Positions 56,201 through 64,000 of a stretch of DNA of 64,000 nt are shown in pieces. Every line of letters starts with the position of its first letter. The stretch's first letter is position 1. The stretch lies in the NCBI GenBank assembly GCA_004764695.1, contig SMSO01000025.1, positions 2,666,001 to 2,730,000 of the forward strand, written 5' to 3'. Both the position numbers and the translations under genes were made by a program. This stretch comes from Schizochytrium sp. TIO01. Taxonomy: Eukaryota > Protista > Bigyra: Labyrinthulomycetes. Below the pieces are notes generated by a model. The model saw only the letters and a list, made by a program, of their open reading frames with translations, searched no databases and was not told where the DNA came from.

Positions 56201-57949
56201 TGACTCAAACGAATACGGACTTGAGCTCATAGGAGAAGCCTTGTGTGATGACTGAGATTGTGAAGCAAGGCTCTCTACCTCTTCTTCTTCAAATTCATTG
56301 CTATCGCCATCTTCTGCCATATCACGGCCATAACTCTCTTCTTCATCTTCTAAATGACTCCCATTGGACGCTGATTTAGAAAGTTTCGATGAACGAGACT
56401 TGCTTGAGAGAGGCTCTTGCAACTGCATGTTATCTCCAATATTTGGTGACTCACTCTGATGGCTTGCAGACTCTTCGATAGCTTGATCACTGTGACTGCC
56501 CATGTCAGAGTCCTCGTTTTCGCTATCTTCTTCATTGTCATTATCATATTCAGCAATAGGTTGCGTGTTAGACTTCAAGTCAAGTTGTACACCAAATTCA
56601 CCCATATCAGACCCAAACGAATACGGACTTGAGCTAATCGGGGAAGCTTTCAATTGGGACTTTGATTGTGAAGCTAGCCCCCTTATTGCTTCCGCATCGT
56701 CATCATCCTGCTCTCCAACAATCGATAGTCCCTGGTGAAAGTTCTCTGATTCGTCCTCTGAGTGGCTCGTCGATTTAGAAAAGTTAGAAGCATGTGACTT
56801 TCCTGACAGAGGTTCTTGCAGTTGCGCATGTTCTTCAAACGACGGCGACTGACTACAGTAGCTATTCGATTGGTTATCAGACTCCGCAATATCCTCGACA
56901 ACTGAAGGTGATGACATAGACCCGCTCCATGTGTCCTTGATAGTCAACTTAGACTCTTCCTCTTCTTGTGCAATGCTAGAACGGTCGGCCGGAGAGAACA
57001 TTTCGTCCTTGCGTGCACGCAGTTCAGCTTCTCGAGATGATGGACTTGACATGTAGAACTCAGGGTCAAACTGTGTTTTTGACTGTGCAATTTCTTGCTC
57101 CATAGTCCCCGAAAGCATTGGAGCCGCTACATTAGCCATTATGACAGGCTTGGTATCAAGTGCACCGTCAGAAAAACCTGAAGAGCTCTTCAAGCGAGTT
57201 GATGGCAACCGAGCATCAGCTGCTGAAGGCGATGTTGCTGTCAAAGAGGAAGAAAGGGGTTTCCTTTCTGAAGATCGCGAATCCGTATTCCCGGAGCGCG
57301 GGGATCTACTCGCCACCGAGGACTGACGGGACGAGCGCGCCGAGGGAGGCGAGCCAATCTCTGACGTGTTTGCTGATACAGGACTTCGTTCGACACCACG
57401 GCTCTCAGATTTTGATAAAGGTGAAGTTGTACAGCTAGATATGGATGATGCCACAGATTTTCTCTCTGGTTTTGTCGCAGACCTACTGCCCATAGTAAGT
57501 CTATCGCGCAAAATCTGAAGCAAGAGCGGACTTGGGGCATCTGGCTCAAGACCAAGTTTTGCTGAGAGCTGCTGACGGCCGGAGTAGTCTTCAAGTGCCC
57601 ATGTGGTTTCGGGCATGAAGACCGATAGCGTACGATCGAGCTCATAGAACTCAAAACATTCGTGAAGAAGTCCCGCAAGTAGACGACCCTCGTCGCTTTC
57701 CTTGATTTTTTGGACTCGGTTGTTTTCAAGATACACGCCGCTCGCCCTTTCCTGCTCATCTAGGGCTGTAAAAACCGCTGCTCTTAGTTGGGCTCGGATC
57801 GTGCCTAACACACCCTTCGCTTCCAGTGTGCGAGACACAATATGCTTCAGTTGATCCAGTTGTTTATCAGTTTCGGCATTGCCTTGAGCTTGAGCCATCG
57901 CCTGGGATCCCATACCGTTCTCAGCGTATCCTTTCTCAGCTGCCGGCAT
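50249..57949 (-). CDS. CEP43: CEP43/FGFR1OP(FOP)-family centriolar protein with a very long acidic Ser/Glu/Asp repeat region (2566 aa)
   Basis: N-terminal TOF/LisH FOP-dimerisation motif LKHIVSRTLEAKGVLGTIRAQLRAAVFTALDEQ...LLAGLLHECFEFYELDRTLSVFMPET...LGL....PLLLQIL. The rest of the protein is disordered repeats. Confidence 0.85.
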   Translation of the reverse strand: MPAAEKGYAENGMGSQAMAQAQGNAETDKQLDQLKHIVSRTLEAKGVLGTIRAQLRAAVFTALDEQERASGVYLENNRVQKIKESDEGRLLAGLLHECFEFYELDRTLSVFMPETTWALEDYSGRQQLSAKLGLEPDAPSPLLLQILRDRLTMGSRSATKPERKSVASSISSCTTSPLSKSESRGVERSPVSANTSEIGSPPSARSSRQSSVASRSPRSGNTDSRSSERKPLSSSLTATSPSAADARLPSTRLKSSSGFSDGALDTKPVIMANVAAPMLSGTMEQEIAQSKTQFDPEFYMSSPSSREAELRARKDEMFSPADRSSIAQEEEESKLTIKDTWSGSMSSPSVVEDIAESDNQSNSYCSQSPSFEEHAQLQEPLSGKSHASNFSKSTSHSEDESENFHQGLSIVGEQDDDDAEAIRGLASQSKSQLKASPISSSPYSFGSDMGEFGVQLDLKSNTQPIAEYDNDNEEDSENEDSDMGSHSDQAIEESASHQSESPNIGDNMQLQEPLSSKSRSSKLSKSASNGSHLEDEEESYGRDMAEDGDSNEFEEEEVESLASQSQSSHKASPMSSSPYSFESDTEGFGVQLGSKPPVPAISGSGDGKDEVESSHGDENSEDSISHRSDSPVIGDKMQSQEPLSGKSGSSKLSKSTFSVNHSEDEEEELELENLASQSKSHSKANPMSSSPYSFESDVEGFGVQLGSKPLTQATTEDDNNDEKDDSEDEDQSVSRHDAEDNEESASHHSESLSFEDHVEIQEPLSGKSRSSKLSKSASNVNHSEDEEESYEEDHELEEDGDNDDGEEEEVESLASQSQSSHKASPMSSSPYSFESDTEGFGVQLGSKPPVPAISGSGDGKDEVESSHGDENSEDSISHRSDSPVIGDKMQSQEPLSGKSGSSKLSKSTFSVNHSEDEEEELELENLASQSKSHSKANPMSSSPYSFESDVEGFGVQLGSKPLTQATTEDDNNDEKDDSEDEDQSVSRHEAEDNEESESYHSESLPFEDHVEIQEPLSGKSRSSKLSKSASNVSHSEDEEESCDHDMAEDGGNDGDEVESLASQSQSIHEASPMNSSQFSFESDMEGFGVQLGSKPPVSAIAASGDGKDEDEISHEDENTEESVNYHRESPVIRDNMQLHEPLSGKSHSSDHSKIASPLNLSEHEEEIDDNGRMKEEEQYDAHNDEEEEDVESLLSQRKLIQKASPMSSSPYSFESDMEGFGVQLGSKPLTQATTEDDNNDGKDDSEDEDQSVSRHDAEDNEESTSHHSESPSFEDHAEIQEPLSGKSRSSKLSKSTSNVSHSEDEEESYEEDHELEEDGDNDDSEEEEVESLASQSQPIHKASPMSSSPYSFESDMEGFGVQLGSKPLTQATTEDDSNDEKEDSGGEDIEESTSHHSESPSFEDHVEIQEPLSGKSRSSKLSKSASNVSHSEDEEESSEEDHELKEDGDNDDSEEEEVESLASQSQPIHKASPMSSSPYSFESDMEGFGVQLGSKPLTQATTEDDSNDEKEDSGGEDIEESTSHHSESPSFEDHVEIQEPLSGKSRSSKLSKSASNVSHSEDEEESSEEDHELKEDGDNDDSEEEEVESLASQSQPIHKASPMSSSPYSFESDMEGFGVQLGSKPLTQATTEEDSNDEKDDSEDEDNEKFASHHSESPSFEDHLEIQEPLSGKSHSSKIYKPTSNGIHSEDEEESYDYDMTEDGGNNEVESSHVDEDAEDSVSHRSESSDIADNIQLQEPLSGKSHSSKLSNESHSEDEEENYGRELTEDVSNEEDEEVEKVATSNHESSRLSPSPYSFESDTEGFGVQLGSKPLAQANTKDDSDSDSEGEDGDFDVENHTAKDLCESNSRHSESPAIGDNMQLQEPLSAKSHSSKLSKSASRASHLEDEEEDYNHDKAEDSDNVNNENGEVESISSQSRSILKASPTSSSPNSLESDMEGFGVQFGSKPLPQFIAKDSTDSEGDDEDGDFSANNRTSEDASEFHSHGSKSPATGNNTQVQEPLSGKSRSSEVSKSISNAGHSDEEDDEESYNHELANEEEQDDDNDDIEEEAERFAFQTKSTHKGSPMSSSPSSFGSEMEVEGFGVHFGSKSPAQAIAKDGDGMEDENRSETESVSPHSREAAGREEAAQKPSLSYDYQNNSFLTQDIISKATEGTPTIDSVQHSLHEDSDGGEFSVSPKEDHERQSNFSQFSDEDQAGVGPLRTSSRDQYSHSTNHEGSIDSHNVEEAEHTNDESEDEEDFSFAPSSGVHKHFHMDNTVGGSHPYAEKVNASKSEEGNQSDVHESVTRDQNKGYGKAHERLASSGRVGLLSSETNEGSFRGSVHSSLQEEEHEEDAGSLSESSHSDKGKVVEYDKAPHAAIADRNSLVEASSTQEEPYSSMGSFDASFDSDEEFGVNIANVIGNKDDVSLSDYSNKVGVNEAEDRKSLETRNDHSNFSKNSMLDEDSDEDKGEGDESDDEYGEDFEDDFEEEEDEEGAEGSVLHNEEISVPSEVESVASLESGSCELSNDGGSKISTEDAKDAEDRSEDTPVAHIKIDLDEQIVESIEFGVSETALQDQCDDIF
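51660..56860 (-). repeat. Coding tandem repeat array, 14 units of roughly 120-140 aa (one truncated)
   Basis: 14 copies of (Q/H)EPLS(G/S/A)KS and 13 of FGV(Q/H). Near-exact 387-bp periodicity (same motif at 53101, 53488, 53875) and a 756-bp two-unit duplication (identical shadow ORFs at 55035/55791 and 55216/55972). Confidence 0.97.
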
Positions 57950-59387
57950 GATAGATTTCCCTTATCTTCAAGTACCTAAGAAGCTGTAAATAGTAACCAA
58001 ATATGACGAGATGGTTGCAGACCCAAACCTTTCGATTGGCCAATCTTGTAGACACTGAAGTGAGTCCAGGTAACCCTGAAAGTCAAGGGTTCCCAAGTCC
58101 TCTTGTCTTGGTTGAAAAGGTGCTTTGGCAGGATTAAATTCCTGTTAATAACTATAATAATACTGAGAGCCCAAACGGTCGAGTTCCTGGCAGATTGCAG
58201 CCGTGAAATTCAATCCTTTTCAAGTGATGAACTTTCCTCCCTGCAGGCCTCACTCAAGAAGGCCTCAATGAGCCACACCAATGTCGCACCGCGGAAAGCA
58301 ACAGCCCTTGTTGCAAGCTAAGGGAGTGGATGTGGTGGAAGTGAATGACGCAACACGTAAACGAGTGAACAAGTTTAAGGATGAACGGAGGGATGAATAG
58401 TGGCACTCAAGAGCTAGAAACCCGGCTAAATCTATAAAAGCAGTTTAAGCTCCCAGTTGAACACAGGATTCTCACCTCCGCAAAACTATGGCCCTTCAGG
58501 CCTTTTAGTCCTGGGCTCGACGACCCTTTTCCCGCTCCAAACTGGTCTAGTCGCAGTCGCAAGGAGTTATGGAGATCAATTGTTTTTAAAATTAAAAAAT
58601 ATTAACTTACTTACTCGCGTCTTTCATGAGCTGCCATTCTTACTGATCTGCATATGACATCGCTAATTCTACCGCATAGTTTTATAACCCCATTTCTACA
58701 GTATAACAAGAAGAAGAGTTAGAAAAAGAGTTTTTATTCTGTCTTCTATTGTAAAGAAAACAAGGCATCCGCTTCTACCGAAAATTTTCAACACATACAT
58801 ATACATACCTACCGTAATAGAAGGCACCTCAACAAAAGTGGAAACGAAAGGAACTTGAAATACAACAGTAACACGCACTAGCAGGTACCTACCCGCTTCG
58901 TTAAGACTACTATGAGTAGTACCCAGTGTTAGCTACGTTTCGTCAAGAAACAGCCAACTATCTATCTATCTATCTAACTAAACAACTGACCAACTGGGTC
59001 TCTGTTTGGGTCTCTTTGTCGGTTTGCTTCAAAGACGTTCCCCGCTCTCCATGTCTTGGTGCCTCTCAGCCAGCGGGATTCGTACCCCTGTGACCCGGCA
59101 CAACGCTCGACGAGACAGGCGCTATATGCCGGGCAACAGCAATGGTCATAGTAACATCTCACTAATTCTTTTGACCGTTTCGCTCATTTTTGTTAACTTC
59201 AAAAATAAATAAATGAAATGAATCGTCCACAGGGCACAAGACAGAAGAAGCCTCGAAAGCAGGCCAAGCGAGGCCTTCTTTGGGCCCCTTTTAAAGGCCT
59301 CTTTGAGGTCAATGTCGATGATCCTCGGCCTCTTCGAAGTAAGCTTGGCTAGCTGGTCGGTCGGTCGTTCATGCTCCAGGCATCCGT

Positions 59388-60041
59388 TTATTCGATCACG
59401 AGTCTGCGGTTTGAGCGAAGGCGCTGCGGCGCGGCCTTGGAGCCGGGCTCGGAGTAGAGGCGAAGGCGGCCTCTACGGGGGTCCTCCTCGCGACACTCGG
59501 AAGACGGAGTCGCCGGCACTGGATTAGATGGACTTGAGGAGTTTGCTAAGTTTGACGTTGCAAGTCCTGAGTGTGCGGCGTGCTTTGAATTACGTGTTTG
59601 GGGTTTGGAGTTTGAACTTCGAAGATTTGAATTTTGAGGATTTGAATTTCGAGGATTTGAATTTCGAGGGTTTAAAGTTTGAGGATTTGAATTTGAAGTT
59701 TTTAAATTTGACTGCGCCAAATTTGAAAGTGAGTCTCGCTCCGAAGACGTCGCAGGTGGCCCCGGACGCGGCCTGCGGCTCGGCACCGCCCCAGTTGCCT
59801 TTCCTTTGCGTCGCTCCTCGTGTTTGTTGTCCTCCTCCTTTTCAGGGCCGTCCTCGTCGCTCTGTCTGCTGCTGCTGCCGCTGGGTTCCAGTCTCAGCGA
59901 TGCCATGAGCGAGGCGAATCGTGCGTCCAGTTCGGCGCTGAGCGCGGTGGCTTGGGCATTCCCCATCGGCGCTGCCGCTGTCTCAAGCGCAAGAGCCTGC
60001 CACGCAGCCAGGCGCAAGTCTGTGCGGCGGTTCGAGCTCAT
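59388..60041 (-). CDS. Possible small hypothetical protein spanning the minisatellite; may be non-coding
   Basis: The ORF-track frame is open for 229 codons, and the ATG-started part reads plausibly (MSSNRR...MGNAQATALSAELDARFASLMASL). There is no domain, and overlapping ORFs exist on the other strand in this GC-rich DNA. Confidence 0.25.
   Translation of the reverse strand: MSSNRRTDLRLAAWQALALETAAAPMGNAQATALSAELDARFASLMASLRLEPSGSSSRQSDEDGPEKEEDNKHEERRKGKATGAVPSRRPRPGPPATSSERDSLSNLAQSNLKTSNSNPQTLNPRNSNPRNSNPQNSNLRSSNSKPQTRNSKHAAHSGLATSNLANSSSPSNPVPATPSSECREEDPRRGRLRLYSEPGSKAAPQRLRSNRRLVIE
59584..59727 (+). repeat. 15-bp minisatellite (TTTGAATTTCGAGGA) made of CHR-like hexamers; possible cis-regulatory array
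   Basis: TTTGAA or TTTAAA at 59611, 59626, 59641, 59656, 59671, 59686 and 59701 (15-bp phase), with extra copies at 59584, 59692 and 59722. GCGCCAAA at 59714-59721. Confidence 0.85.
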
Positions 60042-61250
60042 GATGATAGGCGGCTCAAGGAGTTTACAGCTCTGCATTCATTCATTCGTTCTCAAAAGCC
60101 GCGTTCTTGTTCTTCTCTTTCTGCTTCTTAATCTTGTATTGGGGCCCCAAAGCATCGTAGTACACACCATTAGAAGTTCCTATGGGGGGACTAGGCCCCA
60201 TAATGTGGAGGAGGAATTACATACATAACAACAGAACAGCATCGCAGGAGGTGTAATAACGAAGAAGCAAATGCACATGTAGAGGGGCTTACGAGGAAGC
60301 TAGGCAGCAGAAGAGGGCGCAGTGGAGCAAGCGCGAATGAGCTGCGATTTGTGTCGAGAACGAACAATGGGCAGCTTGGAGTAGATTGTATTTATTCTAT
60401 TTTTTTTTTTTGGATATAATGGAGAACAAAACAATCAGTGGGGCCCGGAAAACGTCATGCTTGGGCAACTTCTGTGATGCTGAAAACTCAGAGGGCCTAT
60501 ATAAAAGATACTGAAGAAAAGAAACACTCCACGAAAGATGCATCGGACGTCAACTTGTGCATCATGGTGGTTCTCGAAGCGATGGATTGCGCACATGTTA
60601 ATTTATTTTCCAAAACAGGTACTAAATAAACTATGGAGTGCTGTGATGCGGGAGGAGGGGGAATTGTTGCGGCTTTTATGGCCGCGTTTTAGTTTGAGTC
60701 AACCCTTTTGTACCGCGGTGCCTTGAACTTCATCGACAGAGAGTAATATCGCGTCAATTTGTGAAGCAAAGCACGACAAGCCAGAATAAATTCTTCAGAC
60801 TGACTTATTAGTCAGCGAAGAAACTTTGCATTGTTCTCCGCTGAAAAACTTTGGACTCCAGCCAGCCTTGATCCAGTTTTTCCGCCCTCCAACGCCGACT
60901 TGAACTCTTTGTTATCGTTTTGTTGCCAGTAAGCCTTTGCAGCCCAGCGCATCGTAAGAAAAACACAGCAGTACGTAGCGAGATCTGTGTGCTCTTCTTT
61001 GTTTGAGTGGACAGACTAATTTTAATTTTTAAAAGCCATTCGGCACTTCCTCATGCTATTCTCGTATATAGCAAACAATCGCAAGTAATTGATCACTTTT
61101 CTTCCTTGATTGTAGATTGTCAATAGAAACAATTCCAGTTTCTGCTTCGTGTTGCGGCTCGCGCGAGTCCTTGGCAGCGCGAGTCCTCCTGGGCAGCGCG
61201 AGGAACAGCGACGGCTCTGGCTTCTTGCTGAGTTAAAGGGGATTTCTAGA

Positions 61251-64000
61251 ATGATGTTGGCGTCCGCCAACGACTCTCCGGTGAAGCCATCAACATCTCC
61301 AGCATCTGAGATGTCCCCCGCGCCATCTTGGACAAATGAAGAAGATCTGCGACAGAACTCTGCATCAATTTCAGGAGGTGAGGATATGGAAACTTCGCCG
61401 ACAGCAACGGCCTACACCAACCTTGATCAAGAACTTCATGAGGCCATTCATGAGGTGGTTGAGGACAACTCCGACCAGAATCCGCACAAACAAGAACATG
61501 ATGGTGTCATGAACTCAGAGCAACTCCAAAATGCAGAGGAGAACAACATGGCGTTTACTGAACCTGGAGAAATCTCCAGTGATGTGTCAGAACCTCGTAA
61601 AACTGAAGAACTTGTGGTAGGCCAAGAGGAGAAAGAAAACCCGCTAACTAGTGCAGAAGATGATGATTGGCTCCAGGCAGCGTGGGAAGCCATGGGGTAC
61701 GATGGTGATCCTTCAAAGACTGTGGCAGGTGAAATGGAAGGAAATGGCTTAAACACTTCAGCTCTGGAGGATGACCAAGATCTTTATGGCGATGCAAAGT
61801 ACTCGTTGCCTGATGAGGACATGATTGACGAATTCCCCTTTGATGATGTGGCAGACACCTTCATTGAGCATCGTGATATCCCATCAGTGAACAAAGATCA
61901 ATTAGGCAAGCTTATTCACGAGCTAGCATCTTCTGAGGAAAGATATGTTGACTTTCTTGATACATTGCTTCGAGTATATGTAACCCCCCTTGAGGAACTC
62001 GACCAGGTATGGAAACGAAAGGTTCTTCAGAGACGTGAAATTGCAGCAACTTTATGTTACATCAGGCAAATTAGAATTCTCAGTGTCGAATTGTCTTCCT
62101 ATATGGCGCGGCGCATGGGACGCATCGACTCAGACTCTATGGATCAGGAGATGGCCAATATTGCACTTGCCAGAGAAGCTTGCTTGGCTGTCATCCGTTT
62201 CGCTTCACTATTCAAGCTGTATGGTCGCTATGCCGCAACTTTTTATCGTTCCACGCAAGCCTTAATTGAACTGGAGGCTCAAGATCTAGAGTTCGCTTCC
62301 TTTCTACGCTCAAGCCAAGCTGAAGCTCGAAACCAGAAATTGGATGCTCTCCTTATCATGCCAGTGCAGCGGCTGCCGCGTTTTCAGCTCTTCCTAAAAC
62401 AAGTCATTGGTGCTCTTGAAGCAGAAGATGGTTTCGAAACTAATGCTCACCTTATGGAAGAAACCTCTGGAATTGCAAGTCGCGCTCTTACCTGTGTCGA
62501 GGATGCGATCCGCTACGTTGACGAATCTGTCCAGGACGAAAAGGACTATGCTGCGGTAGTCGACTTACAGGGTCGACTTGCATCTGATCAAATTGATGTC
62601 GTGTCAGGCTTTTCTGAAGGGCGCCGCCTAGTACGACAGGGAAAATTGATGAAGGCAAGTCAAGACGGCCATAAGATGGAAGCTCTTTATTTTGTCCTAC
62701 TTACTGACGTTCTGTTCTATGCGGAACTTCGTCATCGTGATCACAAGCTGCGTGTTCGTCGGGAGCTCCCCAAGGGCAGTTTTACAGTAAGCGCTGCAGA
62801 GACTGAACGCGAAGAGGATTACGGTTATGAAAGCAAGCGATTTTATATAGATTTCAATTCTAAGCGCCTCGATCTCTTTGCATCAAGCAAAGAGGACCGC
62901 GACGCCTGGGTCGCAGCTTTGCAAACTTCTCTTGAAGCCCCAAAGACCTATGATGAGCTTTTAGAGCAGCAATCGAAGGAAAAAGAAGATGAAGAAAAGA
63001 AGTATCGCTACGATGACCACGAAAAACGTCAGGCGCGAAAGGATTCTGTTGAGCGTATTGGAGAACTAGACAAACATAATGACTTTGATATTACAGCTAC
63101 AGCTGCAAAAAAGTATGAGCGAGATCTTGAGCTAGAAAGTATGATTCCGCAGAGCGAGCCTGTGCAAATGACAGCAGAGGCATATAATAATGAAGAACTT
63201 CGCAGCCATGGATCGGGTATGGAAAACCACTCGCAATATCTTGCAAATGTTGATGTAGAAATTATCGACGATGCATCGATGGTGACAGCAGCAATGGAAA
63301 TGGCAGCGAGGAACAAAGCTGCTCCACCAAATCTTTGGGATACCTCCAACGATGATATTGAACGAGCTCAAGCAACAGGGGCACGAGCGTCTATTCGGAA
63401 AGGCCCTGTTATTCTTACAGAAACCTTGATTGAGGGAGAACAAAAATATGCAGATCAGCTTGCTATCCTTTTGAAGGTTTTCGTTCAACCATTGCTTGAT
63501 ATATCAGTTGGTGGCCATCTCAAGTATGACTATGATCGTGATGCAATGCGTAAAGCTCGGTCACTTCTTACCGAAACAAATGTGCAAGTTAGCCTGCATT
63601 CCCTGGTGCAACTTCAAATATTGCAAGAAGGTATCATTAATATTTTTGAAACAGAGTGGCATAATTTTGAAGAGCATATGAAGGAAGCTATACCTGGTGC
63701 CTTAGAATGGAAGCAAATTCCGACCTTTGTTCCTGAAGTGTTCGAAACCATCATCGCGTTGCTAGCACTTTACTCATCATACACGGAACGTTATGAAGCA
63801 TTCATAAAAACACTGCAACAAGAAACGATGGAAGATCTTCGCCGCTCTCTCGAAAGAAATGAAGATTGCCGAGGAAAGCCAATGCATGTGTTTCTGAGAG
63901 ACCCAACATCTCGACCGGCTTATTACGCTAAGCTCTTGAAGGATTTCGTAGCCTCTTCTGAAGAGTATGGAAGTGCAGATCTTCAAGACCGCCTGAAAGA
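61251..64000 (+). CDS. Dbl-family RhoGEF, DH-PH-(degenerate DH); 3'-partial
   Basis: Missing from the ORF track because there is no stop in the window. The frame opens at 61116 (after a polypyrimidine-TAG acceptor at 61113-61115), with the first ATG at 61251. All motifs are in one frame: DH1 LIHELASSEERYVDFLDTLLRVYVTPL...LDALLIMPVQRLPRFQLFLKQ; PH GRRLVRQGKLMK...YFVLLTDVLFYA...LFASSKEDRDAWVAALQ; DH2 ETLIEGEQKYADQLAILLKVFVQPL...VFLRDPTSRPAYYAKLLK. Confidence 0.92.
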   Translation, partial: MMLASANDSPVKPSTSPASEMSPAPSWTNEEDLRQNSASISGGEDMETSPTATAYTNLDQELHEAIHEVVEDNSDQNPHKQEHDGVMNSEQLQNAEENNMAFTEPGEISSDVSEPRKTEELVVGQEEKENPLTSAEDDDWLQAAWEAMGYDGDPSKTVAGEMEGNGLNTSALEDDQDLYGDAKYSLPDEDMIDEFPFDDVADTFIEHRDIPSVNKDQLGKLIHELASSEERYVDFLDTLLRVYVTPLEELDQVWKRKVLQRREIAATLCYIRQIRILSVELSSYMARRMGRIDSDSMDQEMANIALAREACLAVIRFASLFKLYGRYAATFYRSTQALIELEAQDLEFASFLRSSQAEARNQKLDALLIMPVQRLPRFQLFLKQVIGALEAEDGFETNAHLMEETSGIASRALTCVEDAIRYVDESVQDEKDYAAVVDLQGRLASDQIDVVSGFSEGRRLVRQGKLMKASQDGHKMEALYFVLLTDVLFYAELRHRDHKLRVRRELPKGSFTVSAAETEREEDYGYESKRFYIDFNSKRLDLFASSKEDRDAWVAALQTSLEAPKTYDELLEQQSKEKEDEEKKYRYDDHEKRQARKDSVERIGELDKHNDFDITATAAKKYERDLELESMIPQSEPVQMTAEAYNNEELRSHGSGMENHSQYLANVDVEIIDDASMVTAAMEMAARNKAAPPNLWDTSNDDIERAQATGARASIRKGPVILTETLIEGEQKYADQLAILLKVFVQPLLDISVGGHLKYDYDRDAMRKARSLLTETNVQVSLHSLVQLQILQEGIINIFETEWHNFEEHMKEAIPGALEWKQIPTFVPEVFETIIALLALYSSYTERYEAFIKTLQQETMEDLRRSLERNEDCRGKPMHVFLRDPTSRPAYYAKLLKDFVASSEEYGSADLQDRLK

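Noticed and set aside
53000-56400. Regularly spaced conserved motifs resembling a CRISPR-like array
   Set aside because: The spacers are themselves homologous, and the whole array is an in-frame protein repeat within a eukaryotic gene; there are no cas genes.
6933-57949. A dedicated physical cluster of flagellar genes
   Set aside because: The three or four candidate cilium/centriole genes are spread over 50 kb among unrelated genes, which is not distinguishable from chance in a flagellated protist.

Overview
Eukaryotic nuclear DNA: long, apparently intron-free CDSs separated by microsatellite-rich spacers. This resembles a stramenopile, most plausibly a thraustochytrid/labyrinthulomycete, but that is inference from style and gene content. 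About 13 protein-coding genes are supported: a partial RING1-Rcat (RBR-like) E3 ligase; a ~12-TM two-domain class III cyclase; an RIIa D/D-domain protein; an ADP/ATP carrier; an unknown basic protein; a Zn-finger protein; an RWD-SANT-SANT-CHY fusion; an MBD4-like glycosylase; a 2588-aa multidomain protein; a Q/N-rich protein; a DUF3395-like repeat protein; a CEP43/FOP-like protein with a very large acidic repeat array; and a DH-PH-DH RhoGEF running off the right end (absent from the ORF track). There is also a probable kinase-like pseudogene and a ~13-kb stretch with no credible CDS. The best novelty candidates are: (1) the 2588-aa protein joining a motor-less dynein microtubule-binding domain to a pseudo-alpha/beta-hydrolase, six IQ motifs, SAM and ankyrin repeats; (2) the MBD4-like enzyme carrying a CDCA7/WDR76-type helix in place of an MBD; (3) the cyclase with swapped C1/C2 roles; (4) a 15-bp-phased array of CHR-like elements ending in an E2F/CDE-CHR site; and (5) a motif shared upstream of several cilium/centriole-type genes. 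No rRNA, tRNA, CRISPR or transposase was recognised. All domain calls were made by eye, with no database searches.
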